From an archaeon (GTDB taxonomy: Archaea; Nanobdellota; Nanobdellia; SCGC-AAA011-G17; GW2011-AR20), in the NCBI GenBank assembly GCA_043808705.1, contig JAZDEO010000021.1, forward strand, positions 1 to 63,493: 63,493 bases of DNA, given 5' to 3'. Positions within the stretch are counted from its first letter, which is position 1. Each line of letters opens with the position of its first letter. The position numbers were made by a program, and so were the translations under genes. Under the pieces are notes generated by a model. It was not told where the DNA came from. It worked only from the letters and a program-made list of their open reading frames with translations, and did not search any database. This document shows, one piece after another, positions 63,036 to 63,493 of the stretch.

Positions 63036-63356
63036 TTAAACAGATTCTAGTTGTTCTATCCTTTTTTCTATTATTTCTATGTATTTTTCCCTATCTAAGA
63101 CATTTTGTAATTTATCTGCTAGTTCATTATCACCTAAAGAATTCCTAATCCATTTTGCAAAATCATTTTTCTTATTATCACTATTTATGTGATATATGAA
63201 TGTTTTATCTGAACATGATTGGATATCGGTTAATAGTTCATGTATGTTTCTTGCAACAACACCATCAGAGAACCAGAAGGCATCTTCAGGTTTTGTATCT
63301 GATAATATCTTTCTGCTTAATTCCTTTAGATTTTGATTGGACATTTGATTGGCCAT
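63036..63356 (-). CDS. Hypothetical protein (106 aa)
   Basis: ORF …PEDAFWFSDGVVARNIHELLTDIQSC…. Family not confidently recognised. Confidence 0.55.
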   Translation of the reverse strand: MANQMSNQNLKELSRKILSDTKPEDAFWFSDGVVARNIHELLTDIQSCSDKTFIYHINSDNKKNDFAKWIRNSLGDNELADKLQNVLDREKYIEIIEKRIEQLESV

Positions 63357-63363
63357 TACATTT

Positions 63364-63469
63364 GTCGCAGGGTACCCAACAGTTTAGTGTTGGGAGGAAT
63401 GCGACCCTCCGTTAAGTTTTTCTTTAACATTTTGATCATAATGTATGCGCAAGGAATTTCGCGCATACA
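63364..63469. other. GC-enriched hairpin cluster at the window edge (unassigned)
   Basis: GTCGCA/TGCGAC encloses CCCAACA-GTTTAG-TGTTGGG. There is a competing GGAGG/CCTCC pairing. A separate 9-bp hairpin TGTATGCGC-N10-GCGCATACA follows. Confidence 0.25.
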
Positions 63470-63493
63470 CCAAGTTTTGTGTAGCGTGAGCTA

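Noticed and set aside
63393-63405. GGAGGAATGCGACC after a hairpin, as the RNase P RNA CR-I/P4 element.
   Set aside because: It does not match the strongly conserved GAGGAAAGUCC core, and no other RNase P conserved regions are visible before the window ends.

Overview
Visibly AT-rich, gene-dense window that reads as a small-genome, DPANN-like archaeon. Supporting evidence: intron-containing tRNAs, a class I (archaeal) CCA-adding enzyme, class III (prepilin-type) signal peptides, and the archaeal PIN+KH PilT-like ATPase. Shine-Dalgarno-like GGAGG/GAGGTG motifs sit 5-9 nt before many starts. Housekeeping genes: TrmI, CCA enzyme, RNase HII, Dus, a short PolX, and an SMC interrupted by a P-loop intein. 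There are five tRNAs, four of which need introns to fold, and a candidate SRP RNA. These are interleaved with a large accessory and surface component. That component includes a 1278-aa Cys/Asp/Glu-rich secreted protein, a PadR plus MacB/LolCDE-like ABC cluster, and a bacterial-type Lgt. It also includes a thioredoxin-CcdA/DsbD fusion, two pilin-like proteins with Cys-rich C-terminal modules, and an ~8 kb block of Ig/CARDB-like surface proteins. A serpin, a Fic protein and several toxin-antitoxin-like pairs are also present. The most unusual locus is 51.2-58.9 kb, a Sec-signal-bearing Rhs/YD-repeat cluster. Its Rhs core tip plus C-terminal variable domain is a separate small gene upstream of two YD-repeat shell genes. 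Those shell genes are interrupted by Cys/Asp-rich modules and a CBM-like domain. All calls come from reading the sequence and ORF translations. No database search was run, so family names are recognitions from motifs.
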